This document shows, piece after piece, positions 1 to 9,307 of a stretch of 64,000 nucleotides of DNA (positions within the stretch are counted from its first letter, which is position 1; each line of letters opens with the position of its first letter). The notes under the pieces were generated by a model, which made no database searches, had not been told where the DNA came from, and saw nothing but the letters and a program-made list of their open reading frames with translations. The translations under genes and the position numbers were made by a program. The stretch is from a virus (Duplodnaviria > Caudoviricetes), in the IMG/VR virus record IMGVR_UViG_3300033120_001005, positions 10,322 to 74,321 of that record, one strand, 5' to 3'.

Positions 1-3000
1 AAATACGCTATCATCAGCCATTGCCATATTAAATTTTGTAATTAATGGATTAACTATTACAGGATTAAAACCTTTAGTAAAATTATAATAACCAGCTGTT
101 ACGTTTAAATATTCAGTACGAAAATAATTATTGCGCATTGTCACAATTTGATGATTAGTAGAAATATAATTATTTCCAATAAAAGCCCTCTTGTAATTGC
201 CATTGTATCTTTTTGTTAAATCTATTTCAAAATTTGTTTTAGTGTATTCTTCAATATCCTCATTTGTACTACTATTTTCTCTTTCAATTTGAAATTTAAC
301 AATCCCTTTAAGATTATCACTTGGAATTCCACCCGCTGCCAATAATTCATTATATATGTCATTATTAATATTAAAAGATATATCAAAAGCCCTCATGTTA
401 ATTGTTTCATCAGGCATTTTGTCTTCACCAACTTTAAAACCCGATTCACTTGGTTTAGGATAAATTTGTTGTTTGAAACTAACAATATCAAAATAAAATC
501 TGTTACTATTTATATAGTTGTTATTATGGCAAAAAAAATAAGTTGTAGGGTCATTATACAATGCATTACCTTTTATTGTATATGCAGAAACATTTAATAT
601 GCGAATTTTGTCTCCTTGTTTAAAATTGTAATTATTGTAAACATTATAACCGTCTGCATCTGGAAGATAAGCCATTTTAATTCCTGTTTGTGTTAATATA
701 CCAAAACCTTCTGTTGGTGAATAGGAATTATTTAACTGTTGTTTCTTTTCTACTAAAATTGCTTTTTTAGCCCAATTTGGCCATGTCGGATTATTTACTT
801 TAATGTTTAATCCATAAGCATACAATTCATAACCACCAGTAATTTTTCTTGTTTCATATTCTATTTCGTCTGAATACAAACTTTGTTGGTTTGATTTTGC
901 AATGGCTAAATCCCAACTTTCAGCTGACAAATAAAATTTATTCCAATTAATTACTCCATTAGGGTGGCTCCAATTATTATTATATTTAATGTTTTTTAAT
1001 TTTCTAAAATCTAATTCTAGTTCAAAAGGCTGCGAAGGTTCACTTTCATTACCATATTCATCAATATAAATCCATGCGTACATTGATTTACTGTATGCTG
1101 GTAATGTTTTGTATAAATATTGATTTACCCAATTTTTGTAACCATTGTTTTTTAATTTATTTGGAATACTTGGTTCGGTATCTACACCAATTCCTTGAGT
1201 TGTTTTTACAAAAGAAATATTAGAATTTAAAGGTAAATCAGCGCGTAATTTATACTCTTCTGTAAAATTTGAAATAATCATTCGATTATTTATTTGAGCT
1301 ATGTGTTTTACATTTAAAGGTATTCTTTTTCTAATTGTAACTTCTGACAATTCAAAATTTCCTTCAACAACATTATTAGCTCCAGAATGCGTGCATGAAA
1401 ATGAATATTTTTCTGTTTCACTTAATTTATTTTGATAAATACAGTTTACAATTTTTGAAGATGATCCTGAAATATATTCAATACTAAATACTCTTATGTA
1501 ATTGTAACGTTTATCAATATTAGTAATTAAAACATTTATTGATTCAGTTGTTTTTGTTCCGGGTTCAGCGCCTCTGTAAGAACCATCTATTTCATCATTT
1601 GGCTTAGGATATGTTGCAGTTTTAATATCTGTTCCAACCAAACCCTCAACACCAAAATAAGATTGTCCTATCATTACAGGATTTGTATGTTGGCTTGCTC
1701 TAGTCCAAATAAAACCATCAATTGATAATTCAAAACAAAACTGATAAGCACCACATAATAATGAACCACCTGATTTTGATACGCGATTAACATTAATTTC
1801 TCCAAAATTACAAGGCTTAAATAATCTTGTGTTTATTTCAATATCATTTGTAGGTATATCATTTAAATTTAAAAGTCGAATGTGCCCTTTTCCTGAAGTC
1901 CAATATATACGCAAATTGTTTTCATTATCATATTTTGCAAAACCATTTATTTTACAATCTTCGTCAATATCAATAAATTCTTCTGTTTCTAACAAAGGAG
2001 TTACTTCTACTTTTTTATTTTCAGTATTAATTAAAACAATTAATGTGCTTTCATTTCCAATTGATAAAAACATAATACATTTAAATTTATCAATTCCAAT
2101 AGCACCATTTTGTCTATAAGCCATTGTTTTAAAATTTTGAGCTGCTTTGTATCTTTGAATCGTTAGACCATAACCAAAACCTATAGGCTCCATTTCAATA
2201 ATTAGTGGCTCTTCATCATTAGTTCTAATAAACTCAAACATTGGTGTAGATATTGGATCCGCTTCATCATCAACACTCATTTTAAATACTGTTCCTTTTC
2301 CACCATTGTAGTTTCCATAAGGTATTGTTGTATAAACTATTCCACCAGAATATACAACATAGTTTTTTCCGTTTCTTGTATTTCTACATAAACCATACGG
2401 ATAATCATCGCTAAATGGATTTAAATTATAATCACTGCCCGGAATAGGGTATTCAGGTGCATTTGGATAACCTAAATTTTCATAAATAGAACCTAAACCA
2501 AAACCTATTCTATTTTTAGAAAAATAAAGTGGAGTTTCAGCTGTCATTCCTTTTTTGTTTTTTATGACAATATTTGATGTTTTATTTGATGCAATTGTAA
2601 TTTGACAATATTTACTAATTCCATTTGTAGCATATACACCACGCGAACCATACAATCCATTACTAGTATTTACATTATCAATTTTTAAATTGTAATAATA
2701 GGCTAAAACATCATGCATTTTAGCCAATTTATCCGAGTAAGATATTAAATTAAATGTTGTTTCATCAGCCCATGCAGTCACTCCTAATATTGACCAAGAT
2801 ATTTTTAAATCATATGCTGAAACATTTCCTGAACTATCTTTTACAACAATTTGTTTAATCAATAATTCAAAAGGTGGTGAAGTATTTTCTACATTACTAA
2901 AATCTGATTTATATGCTTGAAATTGTAAAACATATTCATAAGTTCCGGTTTGTGAATTACCTATTACTTGAGATATGTTTGTGTTTAATTTTTTAGCAAA

Positions 3001-3252
3001 CATTCTATCATCAAACATATATACATTTGCTTTTGCTGCCAAAGCTGTACCAATAGAGCCATTTTTATTAGGAATACTAAATGTTTTTGTTACACCACTC
3101 ATAGAAGTCCATGAAAACAAATTTTCTCCTATTTGAGCAACTCTACCATTAAAGTTGTCTGCCATTGCTCCTTTTTCAATGTCAATATTAATTTGATTGA
3201 CATCACTAACTATACCAGCAAATTTTTTTTGGTTTGTTTTATTTGATTCCAT
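1..3252 (-). CDS. crAss-like tail stabilisation/muzzle protein, partial (runs off the left edge)
   Basis: Not in the ORF track. ATG at 3252 reads MESNKTNQKKFAGIVSDVNQINIDIEKGAMADNFNGR; the same frame is open at the window edge (..NPLITKFNMAMADDSVF). I checked both ends, not every internal codon. Lies directly after the tail tubular gene as in crAss-like phages. Confidence 0.7.
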   Translation of the reverse strand, partial: MESNKTNQKKFAGIVSDVNQINIDIEKGAMADNFNGRVAQIGENLFSWTSMSGVTKTFSIPNKNGSIGTALAAKANVYMFDDRMFAKKLNTNISQVIGNSQTGTYEYVLQFQAYKSDFSNVENTSPPFELLIKQIVVKDSSGNVSAYDLKISWSILGVTAWADETTFNLISYSDKLAKMHDVLAYYYNLKIDNVNTSNGLYGSRGVYATNGISKYCQITIASNKTSNIVIKNKKGMTAETPLYFSKNRIGFGLGSIYENLGYPNAPEYPIPGSDYNLNPFSDDYPYGLCRNTRNGKNYVVYSGGIVYTTIPYGNYNGGKGTVFKMSVDDEADPISTPMFEFIRTNDEEPLIIEMEPIGFGYGLTIQRYKAAQNFKTMAYRQNGAIGIDKFKCIMFLSIGNESTLIVLINTENKKVEVTPLLETEEFIDIDEDCKINGFAKYDNENNLRIYWTSGKGHIRLLNLNDIPTNDIEINTRLFKPCNFGEINVNRVSKSGGSLLCGAYQFCFELSIDGFIWTRASQHTNPVMIGQSYFGVEGLVGTDIKTATYPKPNDEIDGSYRGAEPGTKTTESINVLITNIDKRYNYIRVFSIEYISGSSSKIVNCIYQNKLSETEKYSFSCTHSGANNVVEGNFELSEVTIRKRIPLNVKHIAQINNRMIISNFTEEYKLRADLPLNSNISFVKTTQGIGVDTEPSIPNKLKNNGYKNWVNQYLYKTLPAYSKSMYAWIYIDEYGNESEPSQPFELELDFRKLKNIKYNNNWSHPNGVINWNKFYLSAESWDLAIAKSNQQSLYSDEIEYETRKITGGYELYAYGLNIKVNNPTWPNWAKKAILVEKKQQLNNSYSPTEGFGILTQTGIKMAYLPDADGYNVYNNYNFKQGDKIRILNVSAYTIKGNALYNDPTTYFFCHNNNYINSNRFYFDIVSFKQQIYPKPSESGFKVGEDKMPDETINMRAFDISFNINNDIYNELLAAGGIPSDNLKGIVKFQIERENSSTNEDIEEYTKTNFEIDLTKRYNGNYKRAFIGNNYISTNHQIVTMRNNYFRTEYLNVTAGYYNFTKGFNPVIVNPLITKFNMAMADDSVF

Positions 3253-3254
3253 TA

Positions 3255-3944
3255 TTAAACGTTATTAAAGTTGTTTTTATTTCCAGTTTTTAAACTAGCA
3301 GGCACTTTACTTTCATAAATTTTACCTATATTAATTAATTCATCAAATGATGGAAAATCAACCGATGTTGTGGCGTTAATTTCTTTTTCTTCTGCTTCTT
3401 TTCTAAATTCTCTTAACAATTCAACACCGCGGCCATTTGATTTAATTTTATTTTTCATTTGTTTATATTCCATACGTGCAATAATTGCATCTTGAAATTG
3501 TTCAGGAACATAAAGCTCACCATCTACTAAAGGAACTGTTTTATATTCCATAGTGTATTGTTTTCCATCAAGGTTATATGTACCACCTATTACATTAAAC
3601 ATAATATAATCACCTACAAGTTTAGCTTGATATTTTGTGTCACTTCCTTTGGTAACATTACCTCTTAAATGTTTTTGCATGCCATGAACATTTACAGCTT
3701 CTCCATCAACATTTAAATTCTCAAATTCACAATAATCTTCAGGTAAAACAATCATATTGTCTTTTATTTTACCAGTTGTTTCTAATAGTGTTTTGGTAGA
3801 ATTTGTTTTTGAATAAAGGTCATTAGCAATTCTTTTAATTTGTCTTTCAATTATTGGAATTGCTGCTTCACCTTCAGCAAAATTATCAATATCATCTAAG
3901 TAACTATCAATTACAGTACTAATTGGAATAAATTTGTTTATCAT
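3255..3944 (-). CDS. tail tubular/ring protein (crAss Ttub-like)
   Basis: 229 aa; LPEDY and YKTVPLVDGELYVPE motifs; syntenic position before the tail stabilisation gene. Confidence 0.6.
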   Translation of the reverse strand: MINKFIPISTVIDSYLDDIDNFAEGEAAIPIIERQIKRIANDLYSKTNSTKTLLETTGKIKDNMIVLPEDYCEFENLNVDGEAVNVHGMQKHLRGNVTKGSDTKYQAKLVGDYIMFNVIGGTYNLDGKQYTMEYKTVPLVDGELYVPEQFQDAIIARMEYKQMKNKIKSNGRGVELLREFRKEAEEKEINATTSVDFPSFDELINIGKIYESKVPASLKTGNKNNFNNV

Positions 3945-4576
3945 AAATTTTTTATTTTTTTTGAATATTCGGAAATGTTTTCAAACCCTATGTCATACAT
4001 CAAACTATTGCTGATCATATTGTAATAGATTTCATTTAAAAATGCTTTGTCTTTTATTTTTACTGAAAACCATTTTTTGTCAACAACGTTTAATAATCTG
4101 TTTTCAAAGAATTTTTTTTGCCATTGTAAAGTTATAATTTTTTTAGGCAAAATCTTATTGAACTTTTTGTAACGTTTTTTAATTACAGTGCTTTGAACCT
4201 TTATGATGCCTAAATAATGTGGAAGATTAACCACTTCACCACTAAATAATTTATTTTTTAAAACAAAAAAATAAACTCCTAATTCTTCCATAAATTCTGA
4301 AAATGACAAAACATTGCCATGGCCATATGTTAATACAGCGGGACAATGTTTAAGTAAATAGTTGTATAAAAATAATTCGTCTATTATTTGAATTACTTCT
4401 GTGGGCTTTTCTGTTGTAGAATTATACAGATAATGCGTTGGCTTATGCGCTGATTGGTGAGCGTATCTATTTGCGTAAATAGCTGCTAATTGAAAATAAA
4501 GTTTTTTGTTATTTTCATTATTCCTGTTCTTGCATTTTTTGGACAGGAAAAGGTGGTATGGAATTGTTTGCTTCAT
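3941..4576 (-). CDS. IHF/HU-like protein (crAss gene53-like)
   Basis: GEVVNLPHYLGIIKVQ resembles the HU/IHF arm; basic; syntenic position; start uncertain. Confidence 0.5.
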   Translation of the reverse strand: MKQTIPYHLFLSKKCKNRNNENNKKLYFQLAAIYANRYAHQSAHKPTHYLYNSTTEKPTEVIQIIDELFLYNYLLKHCPAVLTYGHGNVLSFSEFMEELGVYFFVLKNKLFSGEVVNLPHYLGIIKVQSTVIKKRYKKFNKILPKKIITLQWQKKFFENRLLNVVDKKWFSVKIKDKAFLNEIYYNMISNSLMYDIGFENISEYSKKIKNL

Positions 4577-5177
4577 CTACAGTACCGTTTTTAAGTAATT
4601 TTATATCCAAATCCTGTACTATTTTTTTAATCAAATTTACTGTATTTCCAGAAACAGGAAAGTCAGTTGTTTTTTCGTCAAAATTTGGAAGTATTGTAGG
4701 ATCAAATAAAATACATTCAAGAACAATTTCATTAATTGCATTCATTGAATATATTGTTAATTTGTTACCAACTCTATAACAAATAGGTCTATTTTTATTA
4801 CGATAAATGTTTTTTCTTAAAGTAGTTATGCGCGTTTTTTTTACCAATTCATAATACTCTAATTCGTTTGGGTCATTACCAAGTCCTTTAACTCTTAAAC
4901 CTAAATCATTTTTCAGATAAACAATTTTTGGCAATTCAACTGTGTATATTTTTTCCCCTGATATATTATCAAGGTTTTGTACTGTTAATGGATATTCAGA
5001 AAATATTTCAGGGTCAAATTCTTTTTTTGTTACAAAATCCATTTCAATTGCATTGGCTCTAGCGTCCAATACAATTTGATTGAAAAATGATGAATTTAAT
5101 TTTGAATCATCTGGCTTTGGTCCTTTAAACAACAATGTTGTTATTTCAGACCTTAATAACATTAAAGTAACTTTCAT
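4518..5177 (-). CDS. virion ring/neck protein (crAss gene73-like)
   Basis: 219 aa; synteny; C-terminal DFPVSG..IK..V...L pattern. Confidence 0.5.
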   Translation of the reverse strand: MKVTLMLLRSEITTLLFKGPKPDDSKLNSSFFNQIVLDARANAIEMDFVTKKEFDPEIFSEYPLTVQNLDNISGEKIYTVELPKIVYLKNDLGLRVKGLGNDPNELEYYELVKKTRITTLRKNIYRNKNRPICYRVGNKLTIYSMNAINEIVLECILFDPTILPNFDEKTTDFPVSGNTVNLIKKIVQDLDIKLLKNGTVDEANNSIPPFPVQKMQEQE

Positions 5178-5821
5178 TATCGTTTATTTGTTTCGTTTTC
5201 TTGGATTTTATATAATTCTATTAGGTTTGAACCACCACAGCTTAATTGAACTGCCATATGGCATATTTTATCATGTGTGCTATCTGGTAAATTGCAATCA
5301 ATAGAATTATCTAAAGAAACAATATTTGGTTTTTTAACGTAATGTAATAAGAATTTATCTGGTACATTTTCTGAAATAATGTATATTCTGTTTTCAAAAA
5401 ATACAATTTTTACTTCATTGTTTGACGGTTGATTAAAAGCATCATCAATTAAACCAGTTATTTGATTGTAATCAATTGTTGTAATACTTGCTTTTTCTCC
5501 ATTTATAACACAACTAGAAGAATAGTAAAATTCAAAGTCTTGATTTTTTACAAAATAACAACTTGCTAATTCAACCATGTCAGTAACATTTGCTGTTATA
5601 AAAGCAGTTACTTTTTGAGTTGTTATTATAGTTGAAATTTGGTCAAATGTTTTTTGACTTTCAACATTTGCATTTCTTTTTTTTGGATCTGGAATTGAAC
5701 TAACTACAAATGCACTAATAGCGCTATTAAGAAACACATCAATTTCATCATGTTCATAATAAGGGGCTTTATACAAGTCCCTTAATATTTTAAATTGTTC
5801 GTGCATTTGTAGTATGTTCAT
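5177..5821 (-). CDS. virion ring/neck protein (crAss gene74-like)
   Basis: MNILQMHEQF...EIDVFLNSA N-terminus and YVKKP...CNLPDSTHDKI C-terminus resemble this family. Confidence 0.6.
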   Translation of the reverse strand: MNILQMHEQFKILRDLYKAPYYEHDEIDVFLNSAISAFVVSSIPDPKKRNANVESQKTFDQISTIITTQKVTAFITANVTDMVELASCYFVKNQDFEFYYSSSCVINGEKASITTIDYNQITGLIDDAFNQPSNNEVKIVFFENRIYIISENVPDKFLLHYVKKPNIVSLDNSIDCNLPDSTHDKICHMAVQLSCGGSNLIELYKIQENETNKR

Positions 5822-5824
5822 TGA

Positions 5825-6637
5825 TTACTTTTTAGTTAAACTTGATTTGATTAATTCAAAAATTTCTTCATTTTGTTTACAGAAATGAACTGTTTGCTCA
5901 ATGGTAATTCCCATTTGATAATCAGAAAACAAAAATACTCCTTTTTGCTCTTTAATTATTTTTTGGCTAATTGCTTTTTTAACAATCAAAATGATTGCTT
6001 TGTCTTGATCATTTTTAGCAGTGATAATTTTTTCAGGAGTATTCAATGCCATTTTACGCATGAAAGTTTTCTTTTCACTTAACGTTTTACTTGAAAGTCC
6101 TGTAATTCCTAACAATAATGCTAAGTCATACAATTCTTCTTCATTTAATTTTGATACGTAAGTTAAAGCTTCTTCAGCGTTATCTAATTCTGCTAATTCA
6201 AGTTCAGCTCTTAATTCCGGTATTTCAATTTTAAAATAAGGATTAGGGTAAGCATCTTTGGCTCCAACTGTAAAACGTGAAGCACAAGCAGCCGCAAACA
6301 TAGCTTTACCAAGTGGTGTTTCTAAATTTAACAATGTTGTTACACTAACAATACTAAATCGCTTAAGTTCTGTTTTAGCCTCATTTTTATACGCTCCATA
6401 AACGTATTTTCCATTTTCCGACATACTAGATGGAAAATCAAATTTTTGCAGCTTACGCGATTCTTGTATGTAAATTAAATAAGCAGTTTTTACTCCTTTT
6501 GGATAAATAAATTTTCCGTTTTCATCAAAACAAGATTGTACGTTAAATACCACATCTGCTTTAGTGTTAACTGTCATTGCTGACTGCAATAATGAATCAT
6601 TTAATGAATCATCATATTCCTTTTGTTCTATTCCCAT
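5825..6637 (-). CDS. crAss gene75-like virion-associated protein
   Basis: Directly downstream of MCP; the track start (6682) lies inside the terminator, so ATG 6637 (MGIEQKEY) is preferred. Confidence 0.5.
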   Translation of the reverse strand: MGIEQKEYDDSLNDSLLQSAMTVNTKADVVFNVQSCFDENGKFIYPKGVKTAYLIYIQESRKLQKFDFPSSMSENGKYVYGAYKNEAKTELKRFSIVSVTTLLNLETPLGKAMFAAACASRFTVGAKDAYPNPYFKIEIPELRAELELAELDNAEEALTYVSKLNEEELYDLALLLGITGLSSKTLSEKKTFMRKMALNTPEKIITAKNDQDKAIILIVKKAISQKIIKEQKGVFLFSDYQMGITIEQTVHFCKQNEEIFELIKSSLTKK

Positions 6638-6666
6638 TTTGTTGTTTGTTTGTGATTCAAATATAT

Positions 6667-6700
6667 AAAAAAAGCCCTGCAATTTGCAAGGCTTTTTTTT
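6667..6700 (-). terminator. intrinsic terminator after MCP
   Basis: GCCCTGC-AATTT-GCAAGGC stem-loop flanked by A and T runs. Confidence 0.75.
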
Positions 6701-6718
6701 ATAGGTTTAAATATGGAA

Positions 6719-8134
6719 TTATGATGTCCTAATCCATTGGCCGCAACCATAAGGATTTTTGATGATAATACCTGAATGATTTAACCACTCTACATCAAAT
6801 CCATCTGAGCTATTTGAAGCCAATGCCGATGGTGCAATGTTAAATGGATTAACCATACCCGGAATGTATTTTTTAATTAAAGCGCGATTACCTGATAAAC
6901 CTTTTTTAGTGGCAATAGTAATATTACTTTCATTTTCAATTTGTCCCATGTTAACAAATATCATACGGCTTGATTCTAATAAATCTCCATCACTATCTCT
7001 TTCAGAATGTAATGTATCATCATCAAATGTTGCAATACGTGTAAATGTTATGGTGTTTGTTGCAAATCTATAACCAGTAAAATTACCTCCTAAAGTAATT
7101 GGTTTTCCACTTGATAAATCACCTAAAGGAACAATAACATTACCAGTGTTCATAATTGAACTTTCAAAGGTATCATGGAACATTCTTTCTGCTTTTGCAC
7201 CACCAAAAACCATCCATTTGTTATTTTGAAAATCGGTTGATTTGGTAGTTAGATAACTTATGTAAGCAGCTAAATTTTGTCTGTTAAAATCAGAACTGTT
7301 ATTGAAAGAGTAATCATTGATACCTTCAATTTGAGCAATTAAACCGTCACCTGCAATCATTGGTTTACCATCCATTGTAAATAATGGAGTACCATCTAAT
7401 TTCATAGTGTTACGGCCGTACATTCTCCAGTTGTCAATTTGTTTAAAAAACTGTTCTTCAACTTCTGTTTCAGCTGTAAAATACCAAAGTTTACCGCCTT
7501 TTGCACTTTCAATCCAGGTAACATCACCAAGAACATCACCAGAAACGGTCATACCACGTCTGTGTTTTGAAAGGTAATTGATGTATTTATCAGGATATCC
7601 TAAGTTGCTGTAACCTTGTTTTGATTTTTCAACTTGTAAATTTGAATACAAGCTTAATTGACTTCCATTAGGAATATCAACAGCAGTAATTACATCACGA
7701 GTACCAGTGTTTGTGTTTCCATTAATTGATTTCAATCTCACTACAAAAGGACCTGACCCTTGTACTTCACCATCAACAATACACAATTTACCAGTTTTAG
7801 TTTTTACAACATCAAAAGGATTTAAGTAATTTTCGTTAATACGAACCTCAACATCAGAAGTATTAGCACCAGAAAGAATTTCAACAGCAGTAGTTGGTTT
7901 GTTTTTTCTACCACGCATAAACCACTCATAGCGGTCAGCGCCCCACTCTTCATTTTTAAGGTCAAATGCTTTTACACGACCTGTACCCTCAGTTAAATAG
8001 GTTAAACTATATTGAGGATATAATTGTATCATTTTCGCATGAATTTGCGGGAATTTTAAAGCATTTTCAACCAAGTTATTTGATTGTAATGTTCCTTTAC
8101 CATATTTTCCGGAGAACGTTTTTATTGCGCTCAT
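6719..8134 (-). CDS. major capsid protein (crAss-like, HK97 fold)
   Basis: 471 aa; YEWFMRG and YINYLSKHRRGMTVSGD segments; follows portal and gene77-like; followed by a terminator. Confidence 0.85.
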   Translation of the reverse strand: MSAIKTFSGKYGKGTLQSNNLVENALKFPQIHAKMIQLYPQYSLTYLTEGTGRVKAFDLKNEEWGADRYEWFMRGRKNKPTTAVEILSGANTSDVEVRINENYLNPFDVVKTKTGKLCIVDGEVQGSGPFVVRLKSINGNTNTGTRDVITAVDIPNGSQLSLYSNLQVEKSKQGYSNLGYPDKYINYLSKHRRGMTVSGDVLGDVTWIESAKGGKLWYFTAETEVEEQFFKQIDNWRMYGRNTMKLDGTPLFTMDGKPMIAGDGLIAQIEGINDYSFNNSSDFNRQNLAAYISYLTTKSTDFQNNKWMVFGGAKAERMFHDTFESSIMNTGNVIVPLGDLSSGKPITLGGNFTGYRFATNTITFTRIATFDDDTLHSERDSDGDLLESSRMIFVNMGQIENESNITIATKKGLSGNRALIKKYIPGMVNPFNIAPSALASNSSDGFDVEWLNHSGIIIKNPYGCGQWIRTS

Positions 8135-8188
8135 AAATTTGTTATTTGGTTTTTAAATGTTAAAAAATAAATTAATTGTTTTGTTTAG

Positions 8189-9301
8189 TTAATCCCATTG
8201 ATCAGGGTCAAAATCAGCATTGTTTTTGGTAGAATTATCATTACCTCTCATAGTAGCACTATTCTTTGAATTGGCTAACATATTGATGTGTTTGATTTTT
8301 TCTTCATTACTACCTTCTTGCGTTAAAATGTTTATAAAGGTCTTTTTGTTTTTAAGGAACCAAGCAATTTCGCCCATCACTTTGTGATCACTAAGTGCTT
8401 TGTGTACCTCACCAGACGCAATATAATCAAATGTTTCTTTGACATCTTTATTGGAAAGAACAACTTTGCCTTCCATGAAATTAGATTTATTAGTATGTAA
8501 TGCAATTAACAAATCAGCTTTATTTTTCTCTTTTTGTTGTTCTTTGAGATTTTGAGCATCAATTATTTCTTGATTACGTTTTTTATAAAACTCTTCATTT
8601 TTAGCGTTTACAATATTACGAAAAGCTTTTGCTTCATCACCAAATTTATTTTCTAAAACTAAATCGTTTATTAAACTTTCGGCTTCTTCAATACTTTTTT
8701 TGTCCACTTCTGTAAACTTTGCCATAAGCAATTCTTTGTCAGTCATGTATTTTAAAGGCTCTAATGGACTAACAAATTTTTGAAAATAGTCAATTTCAGT
8801 GGCGCCTTTATTTTCAAGCAAATAAGATTTCATTTGCTTAATTTCCGGTAATTCAGATTCTGTAGCTAAAGTTTGAACTCTTGTAAGTTCATTTTTAACA
8901 TCAACAAAAGTAATTTCTTCCGGTTTTTTTCCTGAAATGTTAAGCCCTAAATATGAAGCTATTTCAATTGGAGAATCAAATTTTTCAGGTACAACAGGCG
9001 CTTGTTGTTGTTGTTGACCTGGATTTGCCAATGCTAATAATTCTTCATCAGTTAAATCATCACCATTACCTTCATCACCGTTTGGTTTGTCTTTGTTGTC
9101 AGGGTTTTGATTGTTATCAGAATTGTTTTGATTGTCCTTATTGGGATCATCATCATCTGAATTAGGATTTGGATTAATAGTATCGTCTTCATTTTCCACA
9201 AAATTATTAACAATCAAATTATCTTCTTCTAAAAAATCAGCAAGATTTGCTTGGTCCTCAGTAAATTTTTCAGGATTTACAACTGTGTTTTCTGTTTTCA
9301 T
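8189..9301 (-). CDS. scaffold/cargo protein (crAss gene77-like)
   Basis: Acidic low-complexity N-terminus and coiled-coil C-half; between portal and MCP. Confidence 0.55.
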   Translation of the reverse strand: MKTENTVVNPEKFTEDQANLADFLEEDNLIVNNFVENEDDTINPNPNSDDDDPNKDNQNNSDNNQNPDNKDKPNGDEGNGDDLTDEELLALANPGQQQQQAPVVPEKFDSPIEIASYLGLNISGKKPEEITFVDVKNELTRVQTLATESELPEIKQMKSYLLENKGATEIDYFQKFVSPLEPLKYMTDKELLMAKFTEVDKKSIEEAESLINDLVLENKFGDEAKAFRNIVNAKNEEFYKKRNQEIIDAQNLKEQQKEKNKADLLIALHTNKSNFMEGKVVLSNKDVKETFDYIASGEVHKALSDHKVMGEIAWFLKNKKTFINILTQEGSNEEKIKHINMLANSKNSATMRGNDNSTKNNADFDPDQWD

Positions 9302-9307
9302 ATATGT